From Capsulimonadaceae bacterium (GTDB lineage Bacteria; Armatimonadota; Armatimonadia; Armatimonadales; Capsulimonadaceae): 64,000 nucleotides of DNA. Below, piece after piece: positions 9,077 through 18,132 of the stretch. Each line of letters begins with the position of its first letter. The first letter of the stretch is position 1. The DNA lies in assembly GCA_965215505.1 (NCBI GenBank), contig OZ244065.1:800001-864000 (forward strand), written 5' to 3'. The notes under the pieces are model-generated. The model saw nothing but the letters and a program-made list of their open reading frames with translations, was not told the origin of the DNA and did not search any database. The position numbers and the translations under genes were made by a program.

Positions 9077-11127
9077 CGCGCTTCCTTTAACTGGACTGTT
9101 TCAGGCAACGATGAGGGCAATGCGCTCTTTTGCTTTTGCGCCGCAGAGCTGAGGAGCTGACGCGCTATTTCGCGCTCTTCTGCGGAGAGGCACAGCAAAA
9201 CGCGATCGTCATGGGTCTCCATGTACACAACAGCGGCTTCCATCAGGCGCAACGTCTGGCCGAACACCTCAACTTGTGCGGCTGCTTCCTGCCACTGCTT
9301 AAGCCAATCTTTTCTGACTGAGTCGCTGAATGCTGGGTGCAGCAAGGACGGGACTATCGTCATCAAGCCGACAGCCAAAGAAGAGGAAAGATCATGTTGC
9401 AGGCTGGTCTCCAGTAGATCGGCGATCTTATTTTTCCAGTCTCGCTTTTCATTGTGGGTACACAACAAAGCGACGGTGATGTCAGCCATGTAAGTCCCAG
9501 TCAGAATAAACCATCCCATCCACTTGTCAGGCTGCGCTGTGTCTGACATGTCAAAGACGCGTATCACTTTATTTAGCTGGTCTAGATCACAATCAATCAC
9601 CAACTTCCCTAGCCAAAGGCTACTCATATCATAAACTTTCCCTGGTTCCATAAATTCCAGGCGACCCTTCGCGGCTTGATCTCCCGCCGCGACGGCTTCT
9701 TCAAGTCGGTTAAGCTCCAACAAACACAGACTCATGCACATCCAATCATCGGCAGCACCGCGAATGGCCACTAATTCTTCCGCAATCCGAAGGGACATCC
9801 CGTAATTTTTGACACTGAAAGATGAGAGGAGATCGTTTTGACAGGCCGCGACGCGGGGATCATCGTTTTCACTCTCTAAAGTATCCAGCGCGTACTGCAC
9901 ATACTCGCGCTCTAAAGGTGTTCCAGTCTCAAGCAGCGATGAATAGTGCTGCCGTAGTTCAACCGATGTGTACCACAGCCTCAAGAAATCCACGAACAGC
10001 TTGATTGGGCCGCCGCGACTCTTTTTAATGTCTATGCACATCCGCATCAGTGGCTCGCGCAGTTCATAGTAGGACTCGCGCCCGACCGCCTCCGAGACTA
10101 CATAGCCCTTCGCCCGCAAGTCTTGGAGCTGACCGGAGGCCGTCTGCTGCGTGACGAAGCAGCGTTTGGCGATCTCCTTCACGGGAACCGCGCCGCGATG
10201 ATCGCAGAGGAAGTCCACGATTTTGCGCTGCTGGGGGGAAAGCCATTTCATTTTGGCCTGATAGTACGGCGTCAGCTCATCCAGCATGTGCATGAACGGG
10301 TCCACGAGTTCATCCAGGGCTTCGCGCGTTAGGAACTGGGAAAAGATGACGTAGACACGCGGGTTGCCGCCGGCCAGGTGATGGACGGCGCGGATGCGGG
10401 CACGTCCCATGGGGGCCTGGATAAAGGCGCAAAGGTCGCGCTTGTCTTCCAGATCAGCGATCTTCGTCAAGAGGGCCGTGGCATCATCTAACGAAAGGTC
10501 TTCGAGCAGGTGAATCGTGAAGAAGCCGTAGAAGGGAGAGGTACGACGCGAAACGTCTTTGAACAAACTCTGCGCCGTGGCGATAATGATCCAAAAAGGG
10601 TCTTCCTGGATGAATGAGCGCAGCCGCTTTTGGCCGACCTCCCCCATACCTTCGAACAGGTCATTTAGGTTTTCTGCCAGGACGAGCAAGGCGCGTTCCC
10701 CGACGTAGCCTTTGAGCACGGCGGCAGCGGTTTGTTCGGCTTCCGCCGCCGGAAGGCTGTACAGGGCCTCGATTTTTTCCGCCAACGCGGCATCTTTGTA
10801 TTCGGCCTGCAATGCCGTGAGGAGGCGGAGCAGGAGATCAAGGAATGAAGAGACACCCCATTCTTCTTCCCGCAGCCACGCAACGCGCAGGCGGTCACGC
10901 AAATCTTCTCGCCGACAAACGCGGTGATAGATCAGCGAAACCAGGTGTGTTTTGCCGATGCCGCGCGGCCCAATCAGCAGCGAGTAGTGTTTGGAAGGCG
11001 TCAGCGCACTTTCGGCGATGACTTCCACGACTTCCTGAGCGAGTTCTTCGCGCTGGACAAAAATATCTTCCAGCGTCTTGGCGCTCATCAGGCTGGGCGT
11101 GAAATAGGACAAAAAATCAGCCCTCAT
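9073..11127 (-). CDS. STAND-like P-loop NTPase with winged-HTH and C-terminal helical/TPR-like region
   Basis: Walker A GPRGIGKT, atypical Walker B LLVLAENLN, GGNPR (GxP) motif, MarR-like wHTH (LSPQQRKIV..VKEIAKRC..TASGQLQDLRAKGYV), TPR-like helices; visibly lower GC than flanking genes. Confidence 0.8.
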   Translation of the reverse strand: MRADFLSYFTPSLMSAKTLEDIFVQREELAQEVVEVIAESALTPSKHYSLLIGPRGIGKTHLVSLIYHRVCRREDLRDRLRVAWLREEEWGVSSFLDLLLRLLTALQAEYKDAALAEKIEALYSLPAAEAEQTAAAVLKGYVGERALLVLAENLNDLFEGMGEVGQKRLRSFIQEDPFWIIIATAQSLFKDVSRRTSPFYGFFTIHLLEDLSLDDATALLTKIADLEDKRDLCAFIQAPMGRARIRAVHHLAGGNPRVYVIFSQFLTREALDELVDPFMHMLDELTPYYQAKMKWLSPQQRKIVDFLCDHRGAVPVKEIAKRCFVTQQTASGQLQDLRAKGYVVSEAVGRESYYELREPLMRMCIDIKKSRGGPIKLFVDFLRLWYTSVELRQHYSSLLETGTPLEREYVQYALDTLESENDDPRVAACQNDLLSSFSVKNYGMSLRIAEELVAIRGAADDWMCMSLCLLELNRLEEAVAAGDQAAKGRLEFMEPGKVYDMSSLWLGKLVIDCDLDQLNKVIRVFDMSDTAQPDKWMGWFILTGTYMADITVALLCTHNEKRDWKNKIADLLETSLQHDLSSSLAVGLMTIVPSLLHPAFSDSVRKDWLKQWQEAAAQVEVFGQTLRLMEAAVVYMETHDDRVLLCLSAEEREIARQLLSSAAQKQKSALPSSLPETVQLKEAR

Positions 11128-12296
11128 TCGACGGCACCTCTTTGCAGCCGCCAGTAGCGCTGGATCAATGGGAAATAGAAGCGATAGTTGCCGTCAGTCT
11201 CCTGTGTCAGATAATGGTCACGCTCAAGCAGGGAGAGCAGAGCGCGTGTCTGTTCCTTATCGGCCGTGATAATTCGCGATTTAAGTCGGTTGAACACCTC
11301 CACGAATGGCATGGCGGCATCAGCGAATGCAAGGACATCCAAAACCGCCAGCGCCAGGGGGACCTTGTCCGCGCTATAGTAGGAGGAGAGACGGTCAATA
11401 TAGTGGCGAAGTTGCCAGCGATCCTGGGGGTCGGTTAATCCCCGGCTGATGATGGTTTCAACGGTCCCCACATCCGCAGTCCCTTTCGCGCTCTTGAGTT
11501 GCCTGACGACATGATGGATATAGAAGGGTATAAAATCCACACCTTGCGCGATGGCCTCAGCCACCGCCTCGGCATCTTTGGCCTCGATCTTAGTCCCATG
11601 CAGCAGGCGGCGCGCGAGTTCGCTGGCATCTTCGGGAGCCAGGGGCGGCACCTCCTCGACATACATATCGTTGATAGGGGCATTGCTGTACCCTGCCGCC
11701 CGCAGGGCTGTGAGAACATGATGCAGGCCGATCGAGCCTGTGTAGACCATCCGCAGGCGTGGGTGCATCTGACGTAGGGCACGCAGCGTGTTCAGAATCT
11801 CCATCGCGACGTTTTCGCCGTTTCCCTTCTTGATGTTGTCCAGCATCATGGGGATCTCGTCCCATTGAAAGATCAGCATGGCTTCTTGCTCTTCCATGAG
11901 GTCCGCAATGATGCTGGTTAGCAGATCTTTCCAGAAGGGGGCAGCGACTTCAGGGAACTTGACAAAGTTCTCGAACTCCGCGCCCTTCAACTCGGATAGG
12001 AATTTCCGTGTTCGGGTTGTGTTCCGCTTTTTCGTGCTGAGAAACGCCTCGACATCGGCGAAGACGAGTTCGGCAAACTCCAGCGGCGTGTGTATATCCT
12101 CTAAATCGTGATAAACAAGCAGTTTTCCGGGGCGCGCTTCAGCCCGCATCTTTTTCAGAATAGAAGTCTTTCCAATCCGCCTCTCGGAAGTCAACACCAG
12201 ACTTTGGACTTCCAACACGTCCCATAAGGATGCGATCAAGTCATCGCGGCCGATAATATCAGATGCTGCGATTTCGCCGCCAGGATTAGCTTGCAT
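11124..12296 (-). CDS. STAND/AAA-like P-loop NTPase with C-terminal winged helix
   Basis: IIGRD, Walker A SERRIGKTS, Walker B LIFQWDE, YTGSIGL, IPFYI; RBS GGAG before ATG at 12296; ATGA overlap with the downstream NTPase. Confidence 0.8.
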   Translation of the reverse strand: MQANPGGEIAASDIIGRDDLIASLWDVLEVQSLVLTSERRIGKTSILKKMRAEARPGKLLVYHDLEDIHTPLEFAELVFADVEAFLSTKKRNTTRTRKFLSELKGAEFENFVKFPEVAAPFWKDLLTSIIADLMEEQEAMLIFQWDEIPMMLDNIKKGNGENVAMEILNTLRALRQMHPRLRMVYTGSIGLHHVLTALRAAGYSNAPINDMYVEEVPPLAPEDASELARRLLHGTKIEAKDAEAVAEAIAQGVDFIPFYIHHVVRQLKSAKGTADVGTVETIISRGLTDPQDRWQLRHYIDRLSSYYSADKVPLALAVLDVLAFADAAMPFVEVFNRLKSRIITADKEQTRALLSLLERDHYLTQETDGNYRFYFPLIQRYWRLQRGAVE

Positions 12297-12317
12297 AGTT
12301 TTATCTCCTACAACCCT

Positions 12318-12345
12318 ATTATACACCAAAATTGATGTACGTCAA
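12318..12345 (-). promoter_or_regulatory. sigma70-type promoter for the NTPase pair
   Basis: TTGACG-N16-TATAAT on the minus strand. Confidence 0.65.
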
Positions 12346-12431
12346 TATTAACTTATGTCACCCAAGAGAATTATCCCCTACTTGGTTTCTGCAACGAACG
12401 AGCTTCTACGGCTAAAAACGTCCGCGTTCGG

Positions 12432-12460
12432 TTGACAAGGTGGCCTTCATCACTTATAAT
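12432..12460 (+). promoter_or_regulatory. Consensus sigma70 promoter for hppA
   Basis: TTGACA-N17-TATAAT, perfect consensus. Confidence 0.85.
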
Positions 12461-12491
12461 AGCAACAAGAACAAAATGAGCCTGGCCGACG

Positions 12492-14945
12492 GTGGCCGAG
12501 GTAAGGAGTGCTGTGTTGTCCAAGAAAGTCCGGCGGACGCGGCCGATGCTGAGTTTCTTTCCCTTGGCGGCGGCCCTGCTGCTGGGGAGCGCCCGCGCCT
12601 CGTATGCGGGCGGCGAGGGGGTGATACTCCCCGCCTTCACCACGCCGGTGTACGGCGTCCTGACGTTCGTACTCCTGACCTCCCTCATCGCCCTGGCCTA
12701 CGGCTTCGTCCTGCGGTCCCAGGTGAGCCGCCTGTCGCCCGGCACGCCGGCCATGCAGGAGGTTGGCGCGGCGATTCGGTCGGGCGCGCTGGCCTACCTC
12801 GCCAAGCAGGTCCGGACGATGCTGCCGCTGGTGGCGATATTGGCCGTACTGCTCGTCTTTCTGTATTACGGCCAGTACGGGCTGACACTGGCCCTGAGCA
12901 TCGCCGCCGCCTTCCTGGCGGGCGTCGTGCTCTCCTACACGGCGGGCTATGTCGGCATGGGCATGGCGGTGATCGGCAACCAGCGGACGGCCAACCAAGC
13001 GCTCACGACCTACAAGGGCGCGCTGGAGACGGCCTTCAAAAGCGGGGCGGTGGCCGGCATGATGACGGTCGGCCTGGGCCTGCTGGGCGCGACGGTGATC
13101 TTCCTCATCTTCCGCAGCGACGCCATGAAGGTGCTGATCGGCTTCGGGTTCGGCGGCAGCCTGGCTGCCCTGTTCATGCGCGTCGGCGGCGGCATCTTCA
13201 CCAAGTCGGCGGACGTCGGCGCGGACCTTGTGGGCAAAGTGGAGCAGTCCATCCCGGAGGACGACCCGCGCAACGCAGCGACCATCGCCGACAACGTCGG
13301 GGACAACGTGGGCGACTGCGCGGGCATGGCCGCCGACGTGTTCGAGTCGTACCTGGTTACGCTCGTCGCCGCCCTGCTGCTGGGGGCGGCGGTCGGGGCA
13401 CGCACCGGCAACCCGGCCTTCACACTGCCCTTGATCCTGTTCCCCCTGGTCATCCACGGCGTCGGCATCCTCGCCTCGGTCGTGGGCGTCGCCTCCCTGC
13501 GCGGCAAGGAGGACATGAGCCTTGACCCCCTCGTGCCCATCAACCGGGGCTTCTGGCTGACCGGGGCCATCGCGACGGCCCTGCTGGTCGGCGCGGCGTT
13601 TCTCCTGCCGGGGCTGCGGGACGGCATTACAGTGGACGGGCGGACCTATGGCCCCGTCTATTTCATCGCCGCCACAGTGATCGGCGTCATCCTGGCCCTG
13701 GTCATCGGCAAGCAGACCGAGTACTTTACCGGTTCGGACAAGCGGCCCGTCAACGAAGTCGCGCACGCCTCACAGACCGGGGCGGCGACCCTGATCCTCT
13801 CGGGCTTTTCCCTTGGCCTTGAAAGCGCGGCGTGGAGCGCCGCCGTGATTGTCGCCGCCCTGTTCTCCATCGTGCTGCTGTTCGGCGGCAGCGCCCTCCT
13901 GTCGGCCTACGGCATCGCGCTGGCCGGGCTGGGGCTGCTGACCACGACGGGCTATGTCCTGGCGATGGACACCTTCGGCCCGATTTCGGATAACGCCCAG
14001 GGCATCTTCGAGATGTCCGGCGCGGCCCGCGAGCAGCATTCAGGGCGCAACGGGAGCGCGCCGACGGCCATGACGGGCGACAAGGTGGTTTCCAAGCTCG
14101 ACTCGGCGGGGAACACGACCAAGGCCCTGACCAAAGGCTTCGCCATCGCGACCGCCGTGATCGCCGCCGTGGCCCTCTTTCAAGGCTTCGTCTCCGACGC
14201 GGGCCTGACGCCCGCCGACTTCAGCCTGGTGCAGCCGCGCGTCTTCATCGGCCTGCTCATCGGCGGCGCGGCCCCGTTCCTGTTCTGCTCGTTCGCCATC
14301 AATGCCGTCTCGCGGGCGGCTTTTCAGCTCGTGGAGGAGGTCCGGAGGCAGTTCCGCGACATCCCCGGCATCATGGAAGGCACGGGGAAGCCCGACTACG
14401 CCCGGTGCGTCGAGATCGCCACGGCGGCGGCGCAGAAGGAGCTGCTGGGGCCGGGCATCCTCGCCATCTGCCTGCCCATCCTGGTCGGCTTCGGCCTGGG
14501 CGCGGCGGCCCTCGGCGGCTACCTCGCCGGGGCCATCGTGACGGGGCAGCTCATGGCGGTCCTGCTGGCGAACTCCGGGGGCGCGTGGGACAATGCCAAG
14601 AAGAAAATCGAAGACGGGATGTTCGGCGGTAAAGGTGGCGACCAGCACAAGGCCAGCGTCATCGGCGACACGGTGGGCGATCCGTTCAAGGACACGGCGG
14701 GGCCGGCCCTAAACCCGCTGATCAAGGTGATGAACCTGGTCGGCGTCCTGATCGCGGGCGTCGTCGTCAGCACGGCGGGGAACGGCCTGGTCCGGGGCAT
14801 CGTCGTGGTCGTCATGGCCGCGCTGCTGGCGGGCGCGATCCTGTTCTCCAAGCGCGGTGGCCTGGCCGACATGGCGGACGTCGAGGCCGAGGGGGACGGG
14901 CCGGAGCAGGTACAAAAGCAGGAGCAGACGTCTTCGCGGCGGTGA
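12492..14945 (+). CDS. hppA: Membrane-bound proton-translocating pyrophosphatase, K+-independent type
   Basis: GGGIFTKSADVGADLVGKVE, EDDPRN, DNVGDNVGD, GDTVGDPFKDT; GNTTKA carries the Lys of K+-independent enzymes; start could be 12516 or 12546. Confidence 0.95.
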   Translation: MAEVRSAVLSKKVRRTRPMLSFFPLAAALLLGSARASYAGGEGVILPAFTTPVYGVLTFVLLTSLIALAYGFVLRSQVSRLSPGTPAMQEVGAAIRSGALAYLAKQVRTMLPLVAILAVLLVFLYYGQYGLTLALSIAAAFLAGVVLSYTAGYVGMGMAVIGNQRTANQALTTYKGALETAFKSGAVAGMMTVGLGLLGATVIFLIFRSDAMKVLIGFGFGGSLAALFMRVGGGIFTKSADVGADLVGKVEQSIPEDDPRNAATIADNVGDNVGDCAGMAADVFESYLVTLVAALLLGAAVGARTGNPAFTLPLILFPLVIHGVGILASVVGVASLRGKEDMSLDPLVPINRGFWLTGAIATALLVGAAFLLPGLRDGITVDGRTYGPVYFIAATVIGVILALVIGKQTEYFTGSDKRPVNEVAHASQTGAATLILSGFSLGLESAAWSAAVIVAALFSIVLLFGGSALLSAYGIALAGLGLLTTTGYVLAMDTFGPISDNAQGIFEMSGAAREQHSGRNGSAPTAMTGDKVVSKLDSAGNTTKALTKGFAIATAVIAAVALFQGFVSDAGLTPADFSLVQPRVFIGLLIGGAAPFLFCSFAINAVSRAAFQLVEEVRRQFRDIPGIMEGTGKPDYARCVEIATAAAQKELLGPGILAICLPILVGFGLGAAALGGYLAGAIVTGQLMAVLLANSGGAWDNAKKKIEDGMFGGKGGDQHKASVIGDTVGDPFKDTAGPALNPLIKVMNLVGVLIAGVVVSTAGNGLVRGIVVVVMAALLAGAILFSKRGGLADMADVEAEGDGPEQVQKQEQTSSRR

Positions 14946-15991
14946 CACCATCTATGGCAAGAACGGCATTCGTCACCGGCGCGACCGGATTTTTGGGCCT
15001 AAACTTGGTCAGTCTACTCACGGAGCAGGGCTGGAAAGTGACGGCCCTGCACCGGCCCTCATCAGACCTGACCTACTTGAAGCGGTTCCCCGTCACGCTG
15101 GCAGAGGGCGAGATCGAGGAGGCCGCGTCACTGGACCGGGCCATGCCGGAGGGGCTGGACGCCGTGTTCCACGTCGCGGGCGATGTCAGCTTCTGGTCGG
15201 GCCACCGGGCGCGGCAACTACGAACGAACGTCGAAGGGACGAGGAACATGGCGGAGGCCGCCCGGCGCAAGGGCGCGAAGCGGTTCATCCACACCTCCAC
15301 GGTCGCCGTCTACGGGCAGCAGCCCGGCGTATTTGACGAGTCCGCCCCGCACCTCGGCAGGACGTCCCCCATCGGCTATCTTCATACGAAGGCTCTGGCC
15401 GAAGAGGAAGTGCGGAAGGCAGTCGGTGAGGGTCTGGACGCCGTCCTCCTCAACCCGGCGAACATCGTCGGGCCGTATGACCTGAGCAACTGGTCGCGCC
15501 TGTTCCGCCTGGTGGCCGAGGACAAACTGCCGGGCGTCCCGCCGGGCCGCGCGCCCTTCTGCCACGTCGCCGAGGTGGCGAAGGCGCACCTGGCGGCGTT
15601 CGAGCGGGGGCGGACTGGCGAGAACTACATCCTGGGCGGGACGGAAGCCACATACGTCGAGGCGTTCGCCGCCGTCGGCAGACTGCTGGGGCATCCGGTC
15701 CCGAGTAAGCCGATCCCTGCTTTCGCGCTCGCGCTCGCCGGGCGTCTGGGCGAGATGGCTTCGCGCCTGACACACAGGGAGCCGGACCTGACCCCCGAGA
15801 TGGCGACGCTGCTGTCCAGCGCCATCCTCTGCCGCAGCGACAAAGCCGCGCGGGCGCTTGGGTTTCAATCGGTCGCGCTTGATGTGATGTTCGAGGACTG
15901 CTACCGGTGGATGGTGGCGGAGGGGATGATCGGCCCAGGCAAAGACGCAGAAGGAGGGCAAGGAGGGCGGGGGGACCCCACCCCTACATGA
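14942..15991 (+). CDS. Extended SDR, dihydroflavonol-4-reductase/HpnA-like NAD-dependent epimerase/dehydratase
   Basis: TGATGFLG, YLHTK catalytic YxxxK, overlaps the hppA stop. Confidence 0.85.
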   Translation: MTPSMARTAFVTGATGFLGLNLVSLLTEQGWKVTALHRPSSDLTYLKRFPVTLAEGEIEEAASLDRAMPEGLDAVFHVAGDVSFWSGHRARQLRTNVEGTRNMAEAARRKGAKRFIHTSTVAVYGQQPGVFDESAPHLGRTSPIGYLHTKALAEEEVRKAVGEGLDAVLLNPANIVGPYDLSNWSRLFRLVAEDKLPGVPPGRAPFCHVAEVAKAHLAAFERGRTGENYILGGTEATYVEAFAAVGRLLGHPVPSKPIPAFALALAGRLGEMASRLTHREPDLTPEMATLLSSAILCRSDKAARALGFQSVALDVMFEDCYRWMVAEGMIGPGKDAEGGQGGRGDPTPT

Positions 15992-16020
15992 TTGGCCGTA
16001 GGGGCGGGGTCCCCCCGCCC
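15965..16020. repeat. Inverted GTAG-type REP doublet (REPIN-like)
   Basis: GGGCGGGGGGACCCCACCCCTAC-N10-GTAGGGGCGGGGTCCCCCCGCCC between convergent genes. Confidence 0.75.
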
Positions 16021-16043
16021 TCTTCCTTCTTCCGCTGCTTTCC

Positions 16044-18020
16044 CTACCCGCCCAACTCCCCCAGCCGGTCTAAATACGCGCAGGCCGTGGTGACGAACTG
16101 GGCGTGGGACCAGGTGAGCGGGGCGACGGACAGCGGCTGGAGGGAGAATGGGTGGATCTGCTCGGACAGCACGCCCGTCGGCGAGGCGCAGAGGGCGGCC
16201 CATTCCAGCAGGTCGAGCGCGGCCTTCAGGTCCGCCTTCTTGTTCGCCGTGGCGATGTACCAGTCAGCGAGCCAGAGTGTGCAGATGATCCACGGATTGC
16301 CGGGGACCTTCTCAAAGTCGTCGGTGACGCGGAAGTAGTAGTCCCGTTCGTAACGCGCCAGCCCGCCTGCCCCGGCTTTGACCCACAGACTGCGGCCCAT
16401 CCTGCCCATCGTCGCGGCCACCTTTGGGTCGTCGGCGGGCAGGACGCCGAAGGCGAAGAGGGCGTAGGCGGACGCGTCGCAGGTCATGTCCCACGTCAAA
16501 GTCCCGTCGGCATCGGTCGTCACCATGCGGGCGAAAGAGTCGGCCTCCGGGTCCCAGAAGTGCGTCAGCAGGGCGGCCTTGACCTCCTCTGAGGCCTGCA
16601 AATACCGGGCTGCATCGGCGGCGTCGCCGAACTCTTCCGCCAGTTCGGAAGCAGCGCGCAGGGCGGCGATGACGGCCGCCGTGGTGAAGATGTGTGTCCC
16701 GCGCCGCTCCTCCCAGATGTCCCAGGAGGCCAGCGGCAGGCGCGTCCTGGGGTGCCGGAAGTCCGCCATGAAGTCGGCGGCGGGCCGGATCAGCCGGCGG
16801 TAGAGGGGGGCCGCAAAATCGCGGTCCCCGTAACGCTTGAAGTGCTGATCGAACGACCAGACGACCAGGGCGGTGCCATCTTCTTGGAAGGGGATTTCGG
16901 GGCCTTCGCCCTGGATAAACCAAGGGTGCCAGGACGCGCCGACGGTGCCGTCCGGCCCGTACTTGTGCATCAGCGCCGCCCGGCCTTTGGGCAGGACGCG
17001 CGCGCAGAACTCGAAGAAGGGCCGGGTAATCTCGGACAGCCCGACCCGATCCAGCGCGAAGGAGACTAAGGCCCCATCGCGCGGCCACATGTAGGAGTAG
17101 TGCGCGCGGGCCGTCTCCATGATGTCACTGTCGTTGGACGCTAGGATGGCCCCACGCTTGTCGCACTGGGTCTTGATGAGCAGCAGACTCCGGGTGAACA
17201 GGGCGGCGACGCGCGGCGGCAGGCCGTCCAGGTCGGTGCGGCGGAGGGCATAGGTGCCGTCGTGCGCCGCCGTCTCCGTCAGGGCCTCCTCAAAGCCGCG
17301 CTTGAGCAGGGCGGCCTGGGAGGCGATGACCTCTTCGCGCGTTTCGCCGACCGTCATCCAGGCGCGCAGGACCGCTTCGCCGTGGCCCGGAACGCGCGCA
17401 GAATAGCCGATGACGCTGTCCACAGACCCCTGCGCGATGGCGCTGCCGGATAGATGGCCATCCTCGGCGTCCCGCCAGGTGCCCTCGGCCCCCCGGAAGC
17501 CCTTCTCGCCGCAGGCATACTGCCTAATGCCCGAACGATCCTCGCCGTACTGCCCGCCGAACAGGAAGTAGCGGTCGCGCTTGTAGTGGATCATGGCGGC
17601 GGCATAAGGGTCATAGAACGTCGTGTCGCCGATGTCGCTCTCGTCAATCCGCAGGTCGTGGGCGAAGAACAGACGGACCTCGCGCGCCTCTTCGTGCGTG
17701 TTCTCTACCCGGAACCGCTGAACCAGGACGTTCTCATCGTGCAACACGCCCTGGGCCACGCGCAGCCGTATCCCCAACCCGACGTGAAAGGCAGTACAGT
17801 CCGTCACCAGTGTGTCGGCCTCATAGCCAATCTTCCACCCCCACCCTTCATCGTCCAGCCAGGCGAACGCGTCGCCCTCCGTCCAGACGCCGACGCGGCA
17901 GCGGTGCCCGCCGACGTGGTTGGCCCAGCCGACGTAGGGGTAGTAGATGTCGCGGATGAACAGGTGGCGGTCGAGGTTGACCAGCAGCTCCCCGTTCCCG
18001 AGGACGATGTCGCGAGGCAT
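16044..18020 (-). CDS. Glycoside hydrolase family 15 (glucoamylase/trehalase-like)
   Basis: YSYMWPRDG, DIWEER, LSEQ and SVAPLTWSHA motifs. Confidence 0.9.
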   Translation of the reverse strand: MPRDIVLGNGELLVNLDRHLFIRDIYYPYVGWANHVGGHRCRVGVWTEGDAFAWLDDEGWGWKIGYEADTLVTDCTAFHVGLGIRLRVAQGVLHDENVLVQRFRVENTHEEAREVRLFFAHDLRIDESDIGDTTFYDPYAAAMIHYKRDRYFLFGGQYGEDRSGIRQYACGEKGFRGAEGTWRDAEDGHLSGSAIAQGSVDSVIGYSARVPGHGEAVLRAWMTVGETREEVIASQAALLKRGFEEALTETAAHDGTYALRRTDLDGLPPRVAALFTRSLLLIKTQCDKRGAILASNDSDIMETARAHYSYMWPRDGALVSFALDRVGLSEITRPFFEFCARVLPKGRAALMHKYGPDGTVGASWHPWFIQGEGPEIPFQEDGTALVVWSFDQHFKRYGDRDFAAPLYRRLIRPAADFMADFRHPRTRLPLASWDIWEERRGTHIFTTAAVIAALRAASELAEEFGDAADAARYLQASEEVKAALLTHFWDPEADSFARMVTTDADGTLTWDMTCDASAYALFAFGVLPADDPKVAATMGRMGRSLWVKAGAGGLARYERDYYFRVTDDFEKVPGNPWIICTLWLADWYIATANKKADLKAALDLLEWAALCASPTGVLSEQIHPFSLQPLSVAPLTWSHAQFVTTACAYLDRLGELGG

Positions 18021-18075
18021 GGTGGGTTTCCGTTTCTGCCCCTCAGTCTACCCGCCGGGCCGGAGCTTCGTCAAC

Positions 18076-18110
18076 AAGAAACCGCCCGGCCCCATCCAAG
18101 GGCCGGGCGG
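18076..18110 (-). terminator. Probable intrinsic terminator after the 18133-20187 gene
   Basis: Minus strand CCGCCCGGCCC-loop-GGGCCGGGCGG followed by TTTCTT. Confidence 0.6.
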
Positions 18111-18132
18111 CGCTGTCCGTGGGGTGCCTGCT

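Noticed and set aside
12492-14945. Na+-translocating or K+-dependent PPase
   Set aside because: GNTTKA has the Lys that marks K+-independent H+-PPases
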